The translations under genes were made by a program, and so were the position numbers. From the IMG/VR virus record IMGVR_UViG_3300020120_000046, positions 720 to 64,719 of that record: a stretch of 64,000 nucleotides of DNA. One strand, 5' to 3'. Numbering within the stretch: the stretch's first letter is position 1; each line of letters opens with the position of its first letter. The notes under the pieces were generated by a model. It ran no database searches and had not been told where the DNA came from. It was given only the letters and a program-made list of their open reading frames with translations. The stretch comes from a virus (lineage: Duplodnaviria; Caudoviricetes). This document shows positions 44,671-53,491 of the stretch, one piece after another.

Positions 44671-46882
44671 ATTTCTTGCTATACCATTCTGCTGGCTGTC
44701 CCTGGTATTCACCTCTCTCGACGGCTATAATTCCTGCCTTTATCATATCATTCAGGGCTACGCGAAGCTCTGGTAGACGGCCTTTGAATTTCTTGCCTAG
44801 GGCTCCGCGAGATATCCGGCCATCCTTTGGTATATGACTAAGAACAGTCTTCCATAGTCGCTGATTCTCTGTCCTAGCCTTGACATCCTCAGAGGCGATA
44901 TCCCGGTAGCCTGACATACGGCCTTCCTCGCGGGCTCCGGCGAGCTTCTGCCTCCGTAGCGCAGCCCTACAAGCCTCCCGGAGCCTATCTGAACGCTCCA
45001 TGGCGTAGGCGGCCAGACGCCAGTCCTCGTCTGTAACTTCTGTGCGGCGCGCGAGGAGTGCGAGCCCGGCCGCAAACTTCTCCTGGGCGTAAAGGTGATG
45101 GCTCTTGAATCGGTCGCCCTGTCCCTTAATGGCAAGGTCCCGCGTTTCCTGAATCTCGGAAGCGGCCTCGTCGCAGATGATAAAGTACTCAGTAGGCTCT
45201 CCGCGCGCGCAGGCTTCCTCGTCCACACTTATGCCGTTCGGCAGAGACCATTTAATCCGGTCGGGCTTAGGCGGCTTGACGTCCGGGGCCCATGGGTCGA
45301 TTGCGTCTAGGAATATCCACCGCTGGGCGAATCCGGAGCCTGTGTCACTGACGATGACGCTAGAGCGCTCCGGCTGTACTCCGGCGACGAATACGCCACG
45401 GTAGGTAAAGGCCGGGACCATTACCCGCGAGGCCGGATTACTATAGCCAAAGCCAAGCTGTTCGCCGGAGAACAGATAGCGGAGCTGGGAGGTAAGCGTC
45501 TCACTACTCCGGCCGACCATCGCGCTGAGCGTGTCAATCTCATACGCCGTGATAATGGAGGTATGCGAAACGAGCTGCTGAATGCCTCCGGCCCGGAATG
45601 CGTAGTTCTTGACCAGTCCTTCACCGGAGCCGACCGGAATGCGGTCAGGCCTCATGAACGGGTTAATCTCCCGGCCGTCCGCGCTCGCCTTTGGCTCCTC
45701 AATGTCTAGGGCCATACGCGCGACGGCAGCAGCCCCACCCTTGCCGGCTCCGGAGTCGCCGGTAATAGCCAGGAGCATATTGAGGGTGCCGGGTCCGACG
45801 ATAATATCAGGAAGGGCATAATTCGGCGGGACGCGGGCGACAATCTCTGCCAGGACCTCTCCGAGCAGAGCCCACGGGGCAACCCTCTGCGCCTGAGCCC
45901 ATTGCCGGATTGTCGTAAGCTCCTCGCGGCTATTCCAGAACCATTCCTCGCCGTCCTCTCCGGCGAGGTGCGGAGTCATAGCGGCGATGTCGGCCAGTAG
46001 CCGTTCCTCCTCTGCCGTCGTGACTACCGTCTGGGAGGAACCCAGAAGCTCCTGGAGCCCTTCTATGGTCCACGGGTCACGCTCGTCATAGGCCGGTAGG
46101 GCTTTAGCTAGGAACGGCAGGAAGGCTCCATTAATCGCCTCGCGCGAGGCTTCCCGCTCTAGCGCGTTCAGGAGCATCAGGACGGCCTCATGCTGCTCGC
46201 CAGACCTCGCGGCTAGGGTCCTCGCCATAAGATCGCCTATGTAGCCCGGAGAGGCCGCTAGTGCGGATGGAGTCCGCCGTGACCTGTACTCCGCGAGCGA
46301 GCGGATCAGCTCCAGCGAGCCGCGCGCTAGCTCCCTCCGCGAGCTAATGACGCGGTAGAGCCGGCCACTAGGGTGGCGAGAGCCCGGAGCCCCAACAAAC
46401 CCATTCGTCTTGAGGGTGCCTCCAGGGATGTCGCCCTGGCGCGGCCACTCCTCTACAGGAACGGAGGCCCGGAGCGAGCGGCAGTCCAGGTAAAGGTGAT
46501 ACCCGCCTTCCCGGCCGGTCGCCACCCGGACCGTATCCGGGACAATATGACTTAGCTCCCAGTCATCGAATTCAGCCGGGTCGTCAACGTCAATAGCAAT
46601 AAGGCCGGTCCGCCACGAGCAGGCGAATCCTACCTGCCACCTATTCGCCCAGAGCGCAATATCTTCAGCCGACTCCACGACCTCCGGGCCATTAAAGTGG
46701 AATTCTGCTCCGGAGCCGTCGCGCCGCTTGCCTCGCGCGCTGATCTTAGTCCTGGTCCGGATCCAGGGGTGAACCGGGAGCCCACATTCCTCGTACAGCC
46801 ACGCCATTTCCTTTTGCGTATCGCACTCGGTTATGTCGGGAACGATTAGCTTTCCCTTAGCGGGAAAGTCCGCTATACTCAT
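44660..46882 (-). CDS. bifunctional primase-polymerase fused to a P-loop helicase-like (DUF3987-type) domain
   Basis: LIAIDVDD, VATGREGGYHLY, VGAPGSRHPSG..Y; AITGDSGAGKG. Confidence 0.85.
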   Translation of the reverse strand: MSIADFPAKGKLIVPDITECDTQKEMAWLYEECGLPVHPWIRTRTKISARGKRRDGSGAEFHFNGPEVVESAEDIALWANRWQVGFACSWRTGLIAIDVDDPAEFDDWELSHIVPDTVRVATGREGGYHLYLDCRSLRASVPVEEWPRQGDIPGGTLKTNGFVGAPGSRHPSGRLYRVISSRRELARGSLELIRSLAEYRSRRTPSALAASPGYIGDLMARTLAARSGEQHEAVLMLLNALEREASREAINGAFLPFLAKALPAYDERDPWTIEGLQELLGSSQTVVTTAEEERLLADIAAMTPHLAGEDGEEWFWNSREELTTIRQWAQAQRVAPWALLGEVLAEIVARVPPNYALPDIIVGPGTLNMLLAITGDSGAGKGGAAAVARMALDIEEPKASADGREINPFMRPDRIPVGSGEGLVKNYAFRAGGIQQLVSHTSIITAYEIDTLSAMVGRSSETLTSQLRYLFSGEQLGFGYSNPASRVMVPAFTYRGVFVAGVQPERSSVIVSDTGSGFAQRWIFLDAIDPWAPDVKPPKPDRIKWSLPNGISVDEEACARGEPTEYFIICDEAASEIQETRDLAIKGQGDRFKSHHLYAQEKFAAGLALLARRTEVTDEDWRLAAYAMERSDRLREACRAALRRQKLAGAREEGRMSGYRDIASEDVKARTENQRLWKTVLSHIPKDGRISRGALGKKFKGRLPELRVALNDMIKAGIIAVERGEYQGQPAEWYSKKSRG

Positions 46883-46922
46883 AACTGTCGCCTTTCGGGT
46901 AACGGCTTAAGGCAGATAAGTG

Positions 46923-46960
46923 GGGCTCCCGGTCACCGCCGTACCGGGAGCCCTATTTTA
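46923..46960 (+). terminator. hairpin with T-tract
   Basis: GGGCTCCCGGT / ACCGGGAGCCC followed by TATTTTA. Confidence 0.55.
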
Positions 46961-47192
46961 CGCCTGTATCAATCCTCATTACTAGACTCGCCTCCCTCTA
47001 TTATACGCTCCACAGAACACGCCAGTGGCTGGGCTTTACGGCTCCGGCCCGATCGGGTACCCTTCTAGATGAGCGCGCTGTCGAGCGTCCCAGGCCTCTC
47101 GTTCGGGTATTCCTTGCCTACCTGGGGATTGCGCGTAGGGCCGGCCATAGCTTCGCCTCTATGGCCGGCCTTCCTCATCAATAGGGAGCAAA

Positions 47193-47735
47193 ATGACGAC
47201 GCCAACGCTACACGTCCTCGGGATAGACCCTGGCGGGACGACTGGATGGGTACTGCTGACCGTCTCGCGGCTCGCTATCTTTGCGGGCGAGGCTCCGGAG
47301 ATCCTTGAGTGGGACTACGGCGAGCTGACCGGCCCGGAGCCGCGACAGGCGACTGAGATAGCCCAGATGTGCCGCGAGATACAGGGACTCGACTACAAGA
47401 CCGGACCGGCCGTCATGTCGGAGGCCTGGACGGCCGACCCCACCTTTCATTCGACGGACCAGGAGCAGTATAGCCCTATCCGGATTAATGCCCAGCTTGA
47501 GCTTCTTCACTTTCAGGGCAAGATGGGTGACTCGACGCTCCACTTCCAGCCCCGGACGATTAAGGCCGGCAAGGGAGTCCGCGACGACAAGCTCAAGCGG
47601 CTCGGCATTTATGTCCCCGGCTCCCAGCATATTCAGGACGGGGCCAAGCACGCGCTCAATACGCTCCGGCGAGCCCGCGAGTCCTTTGACTTCGCTCTTG
47701 AGCTTTGGCCCTATCCGGCCAGCGGCCTGCCCTAG
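47193..47735 (+). CDS. RuvC-like Holliday junction resolvase
   Basis: VLGIDPGGTTG, VMSE, HIQDGAKH. Confidence 0.75.
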   Translation: MTTPTLHVLGIDPGGTTGWVLLTVSRLAIFAGEAPEILEWDYGELTGPEPRQATEIAQMCREIQGLDYKTGPAVMSEAWTADPTFHSTDQEQYSPIRINAQLELLHFQGKMGDSTLHFQPRTIKAGKGVRDDKLKRLGIYVPGSQHIQDGAKHALNTLRRARESFDFALELWPYPASGLP

Positions 47736-47836
47736 ATTCCGTTACCGTATCGTTATCGTCCTCCGGTAACCCATTCATGGTCATAGCGCGTCCCCTAGAT
47801 AGCGCGGAACGTCCGCGCCGATAGGGAGGGACATTC

Positions 47837-48529
47837 ATGTCCATTCGTAGGCTCGTAGTAATCGGCCTCGCGACGGCTGGCCTTGTGGCCGGTTCCGCGA
47901 CAGCCGCATTCGCCGGAGGAGTGCCTACGCCCACTCCACAGTTCGGCGGACACGTCAGGGTCCATCCGGTGAACTGGCAGTTCGACCTGGAGCAGGCTCA
48001 GATCGGGCTCCACAACCTAGCGCTCGTGGAAGGCTCCGGCGCTATCCCCATGACTGACTGGACCGATACCCAGCTCACTCCAAACGTCGACAAGTTCTCC
48101 CTGGGCCCGAATTCCGTGACCCTGTGGCACGACGCACTCCCGGTCCCGCGCATCGACCTCAAGACCTGTACGGTTCTGTTCGACCAGAACGGGCGCTTCC
48201 GGGTCCTCAACGGAACCGGGACCGGAGCGGGATTCCAGAGCGTCAACGGGACATTCGAGCTTCAGGCCCTGTTCTCGTTCGCGGAGCGCGCGAGGTCCGG
48301 CCACTACGGCCACTCCAGCGCGGTCTGCCCGCTACCGGCGAACCCGTTCCTGGTCCGTCATCTCATCCTTATCGGATCTGGGCTTCCGGCTCCGGTGTTC
48401 TCCAACGTCTCCGTCCAGGGTGAGGCCCTGCTCTTCCGGGTCCTCCAGCTTCCGAAGGTGTTCGCGCCTACCGCGAGCCCGTCTGACTACGTCACTCCGT
48501 CCGCCACCGATACCACGACCGCTCCCTAG
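47837..48529 (+). CDS. secreted protein with Sec signal peptide and S/T/P-rich tail
   Basis: MSIRRLVVIGLATAGLVAGSATAAFA|GG; C-terminal PTASPSDYVTPSATDTTTAP. Confidence 0.7.
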   Translation: MSIRRLVVIGLATAGLVAGSATAAFAGGVPTPTPQFGGHVRVHPVNWQFDLEQAQIGLHNLALVEGSGAIPMTDWTDTQLTPNVDKFSLGPNSVTLWHDALPVPRIDLKTCTVLFDQNGRFRVLNGTGTGAGFQSVNGTFELQALFSFAERARSGHYGHSSAVCPLPANPFLVRHLILIGSGLPAPVFSNVSVQGEALLFRVLQLPKVFAPTASPSDYVTPSATDTTTAP

Positions 48530-48623
48530 GCCCTGGACGGCCAGCCCGCCATGGCCGTCCCTCCGCGAGCCCGGCCGGATGTCCGCTGTCCGGCCGGGCT
48601 CCCTGTGTCAGGAGGACATTACT

Positions 48624-48725
48624 GTGAAACGCTTCCGGGCCTTCCTCCGCGCGGTAAGATTCCGGTACCGCAAGGAACTCAGCCGATACGAGAGGACGGA
48701 GCCTATGCCCAAGGCTGAAGTCTAG
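48624..48725 (+). CDS. small basic peptide (33 aa)
   Basis: AGGAGGA RBS + GTG. Confidence 0.4.
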   Translation: MKRFRAFLRAVRFRYRKELSRYERTEPMPKAEV

Positions 48726-48768
48726 ACATTCGTTACCAGCCTCATGCCGGGGCAAGAGAGAGGCGAAA

Positions 48769-49383
48769 GTGAATTACGCAAGTTACCAAATCAATGTTCC
48801 GGGGACCTTCCTGGGCGACCAGACGGCCTACCTGGATATTGAGACGCGGAAAGTACCTTGCGAATGGTCCTTCCCGAATGGCACTCCCCTCAGCCGCCGC
48901 TGGATGGCGTTTATCGCCGGAGTCGCGGTGAAGGGCAAGATCACGATAATCGAGTCGGCCGGAGACGAGCACAGTTTCCTGTCCGGCGTGCGGATGGCGA
49001 TCGGAGAGGCCGACACCATCATCTACCGGGCCACGAACAAGTTCGATGAGGGAGTACTCAAGGGACGCTATACCTACGCGCGGCGAGGACTCGCGGAGGT
49101 GGCCTTCTACCCGGCTATGCCGGACGCGGAGGAACTGACCTGGGACCGGAGGCGCGACCTCGGAGCCCTGGAGGGAGTCCGCGAGCGGGAGCTAGACAGC
49201 CGCTACGTCTCCGTGACGTACGAGCGGAACCCTGGCCTCGTCCTCGTCCACAACCTCCGGGACGTGGTGGAACTCATCCTCGCGTACGGCGAGCCGGACG
49301 CGGAGGCCGACACCTGGGGCCGTAAGGTCCTGACGGACCTGGATTTTGCGGACGCGGAGCTGTTCGGTCCGTCCGGAGTTTGA
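48769..49383 (+). CDS. RNase H-fold (DEDD/YprB-like) nuclease-like protein
   Basis: AYLDIET, NKFDE, HNLRDV. Confidence 0.5.
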   Translation: MNYASYQINVPGTFLGDQTAYLDIETRKVPCEWSFPNGTPLSRRWMAFIAGVAVKGKITIIESAGDEHSFLSGVRMAIGEADTIIYRATNKFDEGVLKGRYTYARRGLAEVAFYPAMPDAEELTWDRRRDLGALEGVRERELDSRYVSVTYERNPGLVLVHNLRDVVELILAYGEPDAEADTWGRKVLTDLDFADAELFGPSGV

Positions 49384-49420
49384 CCCTTACTGGTGCGGAC
49401 CAGGTAGTTCGCAGCTCGCC

Positions 49421-49528
49421 GGAAAAACTTCAAGAAAACTTGGCCCGGACGGCTCCAAACCGTCCGGGACCGGGTATAGTTGCCCTAGCGGCCGGACGAG
49501 ACGGCCGGAGGCGAAAGGCGAGAAAATG
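49421..49528 (+). promoter_or_regulatory. early promoter cassette (A/T box, hairpin, GGG-TATAGT, GGCGAG leader)
   Basis: AAAAACTTCAAGAAAACTT; CCCGGACGG/CCGTCCGGG; TATAGT 49475-49480. Confidence 0.7.
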
Positions 49529-50191
49529 TCCGAACTGAACGCGAACGAACTGAAGACCCACCTCCGCGACTGGATGCGGAAGCCCACCCCCGAACTGGCG
49601 GCTCACCTCCGCGAGGACCACGGGGTTGAGGGAACGATCTCCACCCAGAAGACTGCGGTCGTGAAGCTCCACGCCGACCACCACGGTTCGGCTCCCCTGA
49701 CCGGCGCGGACGCGGTAGGCGCGACCGTCGCGCCGGAGCCCGCGAAGCGTCCGGCCGCGAAGCCCGCGACCAAGCCCGCTCCCGCGAAGCCCGCGACCAA
49801 GGCTCCGGCCCGGAAGGCTCCCGCGACGGCGAAGCCCGCGACGGCGAAGCCCGCTGTTAAGGCTCCGGCCCGGAGGACCGCTCCGGCTAAGGCCGCTCCG
49901 GCTAAGGCCGCTCCGAAGCCCGCGACCAAGGCTCCCGCGAACGGTGCGGCCGCGAACGGCTCCGCTCCGGCCGCGACGGCGAACGCGACCAAGCACGATC
50001 TGGCAAAGCGCCTGATCGACATGGTGGCCCGCGAGTTCGCCGGAGAGACGGACGAGAACAAGGCCAAGCTCTCCTACTGGCTCCACGGCCTTCCGACCGG
50101 CTACCCGAACGGTGGCGGTGGAGGCTACCTCCGCTACTGGCCGGAAGGGCTCCCGCGTCCGACCACGGCCGGATGGCGCAAGCCGGAATAG
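49526..50191 (+). CDS. histone H1/AlgP-like AKPA-repeat protein with conserved C-terminal domain
   Basis: PAAKPATKPAPAKPATKAPARKAPATAKPA...; C-domain paralogous to 56855-57382. Confidence 0.8.
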   Translation: MSELNANELKTHLRDWMRKPTPELAAHLREDHGVEGTISTQKTAVVKLHADHHGSAPLTGADAVGATVAPEPAKRPAAKPATKPAPAKPATKAPARKAPATAKPATAKPAVKAPARRTAPAKAAPAKAAPKPATKAPANGAAANGSAPAATANATKHDLAKRLIDMVAREFAGETDENKAKLSYWLHGLPTGYPNGGGGGYLRYWPEGLPRPTTAGWRKPE

Positions 50192-50201
50192 GACCGCGAG
50201 C

Positions 50202-50233
50202 GCGAGCCCGGCTCCGTACGGAGCCGGGCTCGC
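50202..50233. terminator. perfect 32-bp palindrome / terminator
   Basis: GCGAGCCCGGCTCCGT|ACGGAGCCGGGCTCGC. Confidence 0.65.
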
Positions 50234-50257
50234 TCGCGCTTAGGCGAGGAAAGTGAT

Positions 50258-50497
50258 ATGAGCGGACTTTACGGCAAGACTCCTACCGACCGGAGCCGGA
50301 GGCCAGGATACCTCCGGAGCCTCCGTCAGTTTAAGCGAGAGGCCCGGAAGCGCTACCGGCTAGCGCGGGTCCTCCGGCGACTCCTCTGGGCCGCTATGGC
50401 CTTCCTAGCGCTTGTCATTGCTATGGGTATCATCGGCTCCGTCTCGGACCACGGCCCGCAGGGCAGCCGGACGAGTATCACTAAGCAGGCCGGGTGA
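50258..50497 (+). CDS. single-TM protein
   Basis: Basic N-terminus + LLWAAMAFLALVIAMGIIG. Confidence 0.6.
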   Translation: MSGLYGKTPTDRSRRPGYLRSLRQFKREARKRYRLARVLRRLLWAAMAFLALVIAMGIIGSVSDHGPQGSRTSITKQAG

Positions 50498-50727
50498 ACA
50501 GCGGCTGGGCTTCCTCACGGGATGAGACCACGCTGATCGAGTACGCGACGGAGCCGACTCACCGGAGGCCCGTTCCGCTCCCTCCGCATCCGCCTAGGCG
50601 ACGTACGCGCCGCGAACGTCGCCGGAGCCGTCGCGGGACCGGAGCCCCAAGCCGGGCCGTTACGGTGGCTCTCGTCGCCTTCTGCGCTCTCCTCCTCGCG
50701 CTGATCATGGTCGTGGGGAACCTGTAG
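50494..50727 (+). CDS. C-terminal TM protein
   Basis: GTGA overlap; VTVALVAFCALLLALIMVV. Confidence 0.55.
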   Translation: MNSGWASSRDETTLIEYATEPTHRRPVPLPPHPPRRRTRRERRRSRRGTGAPSRAVTVALVAFCALLLALIMVVGNL

Positions 50728-50963
50728 GAAAAATCTCAAGAAACTGCGCCGCGAGGTCTAGACGTACCCGGCTGCGCGGCGTAGCCTTGAGCTATAAGTA
50801 AAGAGGTAGGGCACGAACCGGGATCTAGGCCCTGAGTGACCAGGGGACGGATAAGACCGACATGCTAACGGAGTCGCGGGTGATGGGCTCCGGCCGGAGG
50901 TAAGTCCCTCCGGTTGGGACGGGCAGGTGCGCCTCTTTACTACTAAGGCGAAAGGCAAGGAAA

Positions 50964-51197
50964 ATGAAGGTCTTCCAGGCGAATGTGAAGGCGATTGTAA
51001 TTGTCGGGATCGTCCTGACGTTTCTCGCCAAGGTCCAGGTCCGGGCGAACGTCGCCGGAGCCTCCTGCTCGTTCAGCGTGCTGTCGCTGATCGCCGGAGT
51101 CGTGGCCTTCCTCGTCCTCGTGGGGATTGCGGTCCTTGTCTACCTGATCACCCGTTCGTTCCGGGCCGGAATCTACCAGCCCCGGCACGCGAGCTAA
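50964..51197 (+). CDS. 2-TM membrane protein
   Basis: AAGGCAAGGAAA-ATG; two hydrophobic segments. Confidence 0.65.
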   Translation: MKVFQANVKAIVIVGIVLTFLAKVQVRANVAGASCSFSVLSLIAGVVAFLVLVGIAVLVYLITRSFRAGIYQPRHAS

Positions 51198-51206
51198 GGA
51201 CCCGAG

Positions 51207-51491
51207 ATGAATGGCGAGCTTGAGCCTGATGCCCTAACCGGGACCGTCCGGCCTCCGCGCGAGGCGTGGACCGTAGCCAAGAAGAATGAGATCATCGGAT
51301 ACATAATCGATACCCAGTCGGCCAACCAGAATGACGAGGAGTCCGGAGAGAAGCACCTAGCCAATCCGTATTACGCGCTGGAGGCGATTGAGGCCGTCCT
51401 CGCGGATAACCGGAACAACGGAGCGCTTCGCCAGTTCCTTGAGGCTCCGGCTCGCGCGGAGGCCGGACACGAACTGGAGGAATGGCGATGA
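51207..51491 (+). CDS. hypothetical protein
   Basis: Packed ORF. Confidence 0.6.
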   Translation: MNGELEPDALTGTVRPPREAWTVAKKNEIIGYIIDTQSANQNDEESGEKHLANPYYALEAIEAVLADNRNNGALRQFLEAPARAEAGHELEEWR

Positions 51492-51808
51492 GCCACTCTA
51501 GGGGATTCCTCCGGGGAACCTGCCCCGGTACGCTCCGGAAGTCCGGCCGGGCCCACGACGGGATCCAGCAGTGGAAATGCGGACGCTGCGGAGCCATCTA
51601 TAACAAGAAGGTCCGGGCCTGCTGGCGACACCAGTTCGAGAACTCCGGCGATCCCGACCACGGCCGCCAGAAGCAGAAGTGCGCTAAGTGCGGCCGGAGG
51701 ACTACGGCCCAGGTAAGCGCCTGCGGATTCCTCCAGCGATGCCGTTACCATCGATGCGACAAGGTGACCGGACTTCATTGCCGCCGCTGCGGGAGAGGAC
51801 GAGGCTAA
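51482..51808 (+). CDS. Cys-rich multi-zinc-finger protein
   Basis: CGRC, CAKC, CQRC, CRRC. Confidence 0.6.
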   Translation: MAMSHSRGFLRGTCPGTLRKSGRAHDGIQQWKCGRCGAIYNKKVRACWRHQFENSGDPDHGRQKQKCAKCGRRTTAQVSACGFLQRCRYHRCDKVTGLHCRRCGRGRG

Positions 51809-51924
51809 TGAGCGACTACTTTGTTCTGTGCCTTAGCTGCTACTACAAGGGCCTGATAATCGCCTGGCTCTTTGCGCAGGGGAGGTTTATGGAAGCTGCT
51901 ATTCTCCTCCTCGCGCCGGAGTAA
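51808..51924 (+). CDS. small hydrophobic peptide (38 aa)
   Basis: TAATG coupling. Confidence 0.4.
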   Translation: MSDYFVLCLSCYYKGLIIAWLFAQGRFMEAAILLLAPE

Positions 51925-52142
51925 GCTAGGGGAGCCGTAACTGGCGGAGAAGGGAGGGAGCCTATGAGGCAGGAGAAATAGCGCGAGCATGAAGCAGCAG
52001 AGCCCGGCCGACTGGAAGCGGCCGGGCTCTCCAGCATTAGCGGGCTGGCGCTCCGGGATTGATTACCAGGAGCGCGACGAATGCCGCAACGATAAGCGCG
52101 AGGAGGATAAGCCCCAGGACGGACTTCCAGACCGCTGGTTCC

Positions 52143-52691
52143 TTACCGTGGCGCACCGGACTCGCCCCACTCGAACCGGGCCATCCTCGCGGCCTCCAGC
52201 CCGTCCTCAGCCCACGGAGGGAACCCGAACGGGAAGCCCGTGATAAGCTTCTGGGCCATGAACTCCGTAGGCTCTACGGCGACCCTAGGCCGTTGCAGGG
52301 GGCACCCTGGCTCGGACGGGTCCCACGGTACGGCCCAGAGCTGGTTATGGAAGTGAAGCTGAACAGGCCAGAGGATGGACCGGGCGCGCGGGACCTCGCC
52401 CAGGACCACGACATCGTTGCCGGAGCCGCAGGCCGCGAGCGCGGAGGCGATAGCGCAGAGACGCTCAACCGACTCCATATTGAGAATGCCCTTGACCTCT
52501 ACCCACTGGCCGGCCTCCAGCCAGAAGTCCGGGAGGTAATTGTAGCGTCTGCCCGGCGTGTCGATCCGGAAGCCTTCTACCTCATAATGCCACTTTAGTC
52601 CGACCTCGTCAAAGAACACTGCCCAGCGTGCCTCAAGGCGGGACCGGAAACGGTACCCGCCATAACGAGTCTCTATCGCGCTAATAGCCAT
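52143..52691 (-). CDS. PD-(D/E)XK nuclease-family protein
   Basis: ETRY.GYRFRSRLEARWAVFF...W.YE.EGF, YLPDFWL, WVEVKG. Confidence 0.8.
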   Translation of the reverse strand: MAISAIETRYGGYRFRSRLEARWAVFFDEVGLKWHYEVEGFRIDTPGRRYNYLPDFWLEAGQWVEVKGILNMESVERLCAIASALAACGSGNDVVVLGEVPRARSILWPVQLHFHNQLWAVPWDPSEPGCPLQRPRVAVEPTEFMAQKLITGFPFGFPPWAEDGLEAARMARFEWGESGAPR

Positions 52692-52761
52692 ACCCTAAGC
52701 TTACGCTTTCCTGGACCAGAGAGTAAGATTAACTAAGGAAATCGACCGGGAAGGATGGGCC

Positions 52762-53286
52762 ATGCCTCAGGACCTAATGGGAAAGATCAAGCACCACATA
52801 AAGCTCGCGGACGAGGCCGAAGGTACGGCCTCTGAGAATAACTGGGCAGCCGCCCGGTATGTCTGGGAGGCCGTCCGGGAAGGAATCGTCCAGAAGGACA
52901 TCGCAGAGGAAACCGGCAAGTCGCAGGCCCATATTACCCGGCTCAAGAAGTGCTGGGAAATCCGCGTCGTCAGCCAGGGCCTCCGGCGTCCGGTCTACGC
53001 AGAGCTAGGCAACTTCTACCAGTTCTACAATTCGCCAGAGGTCCGGGGAGAGCCGTCCGACCGGAGCGGCTCCGGCTCTGGCTCCGGCCGCGACGGCGAC
53101 CGGGACGGCGAGCGTGGCGACTACTCGACAAGCGGCCTCGTATTCCGGGCGCGTTCTGCGGTCGATGCGCTTTACCGGAACCCTGCTCACATCGATTCGA
53201 TTACGGACGAGGACGTGGATGCTCTGCGGGAAATTCAGGGCCGAATCCGCGAAATCCTCCGCCAGCTCCGCTTACGCAGCGTATAG
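52762..53286 (+). CDS. helix-turn-helix DNA-binding protein
   Basis: GIVQKDIAEETGKSQAHITRL HTH. Confidence 0.7.
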   Translation: MPQDLMGKIKHHIKLADEAEGTASENNWAAARYVWEAVREGIVQKDIAEETGKSQAHITRLKKCWEIRVVSQGLRRPVYAELGNFYQFYNSPEVRGEPSDRSGSGSGSGRDGDRDGERGDYSTSGLVFRARSAVDALYRNPAHIDSITDEDVDALREIQGRIREILRQLRLRSV

Positions 53287-53410
53287 CAGCGTAATCGACT
53301 CCGCGTAATCATATCCAATTACTCCGCGTATTCCCGGCCGCTTATGCCGCGAATCCGCTTTATCACCGCCAATTACGCAGCGTATTCTGCCTAGCGCTTT
53401 CCGCGAATAC
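53272..53410. repeat. cluster of short direct repeats (core GCG[TA]A[TA])
   Basis: TTACGCAGCGTAT x2, CAATTAC(T/G)C(C/A)GCGTATTC x2, ACTCCGCGTA x2, CCGCGAAT x2. Confidence 0.7.
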
Positions 53411-53491
53411 GAGCTAGCCTCTCGACTAAGCGGCTCCGGCCGGAGGGTGGGCCTCCGCGCCGGAGCCTAGGAACCTAACGGGAGGCTCCCT

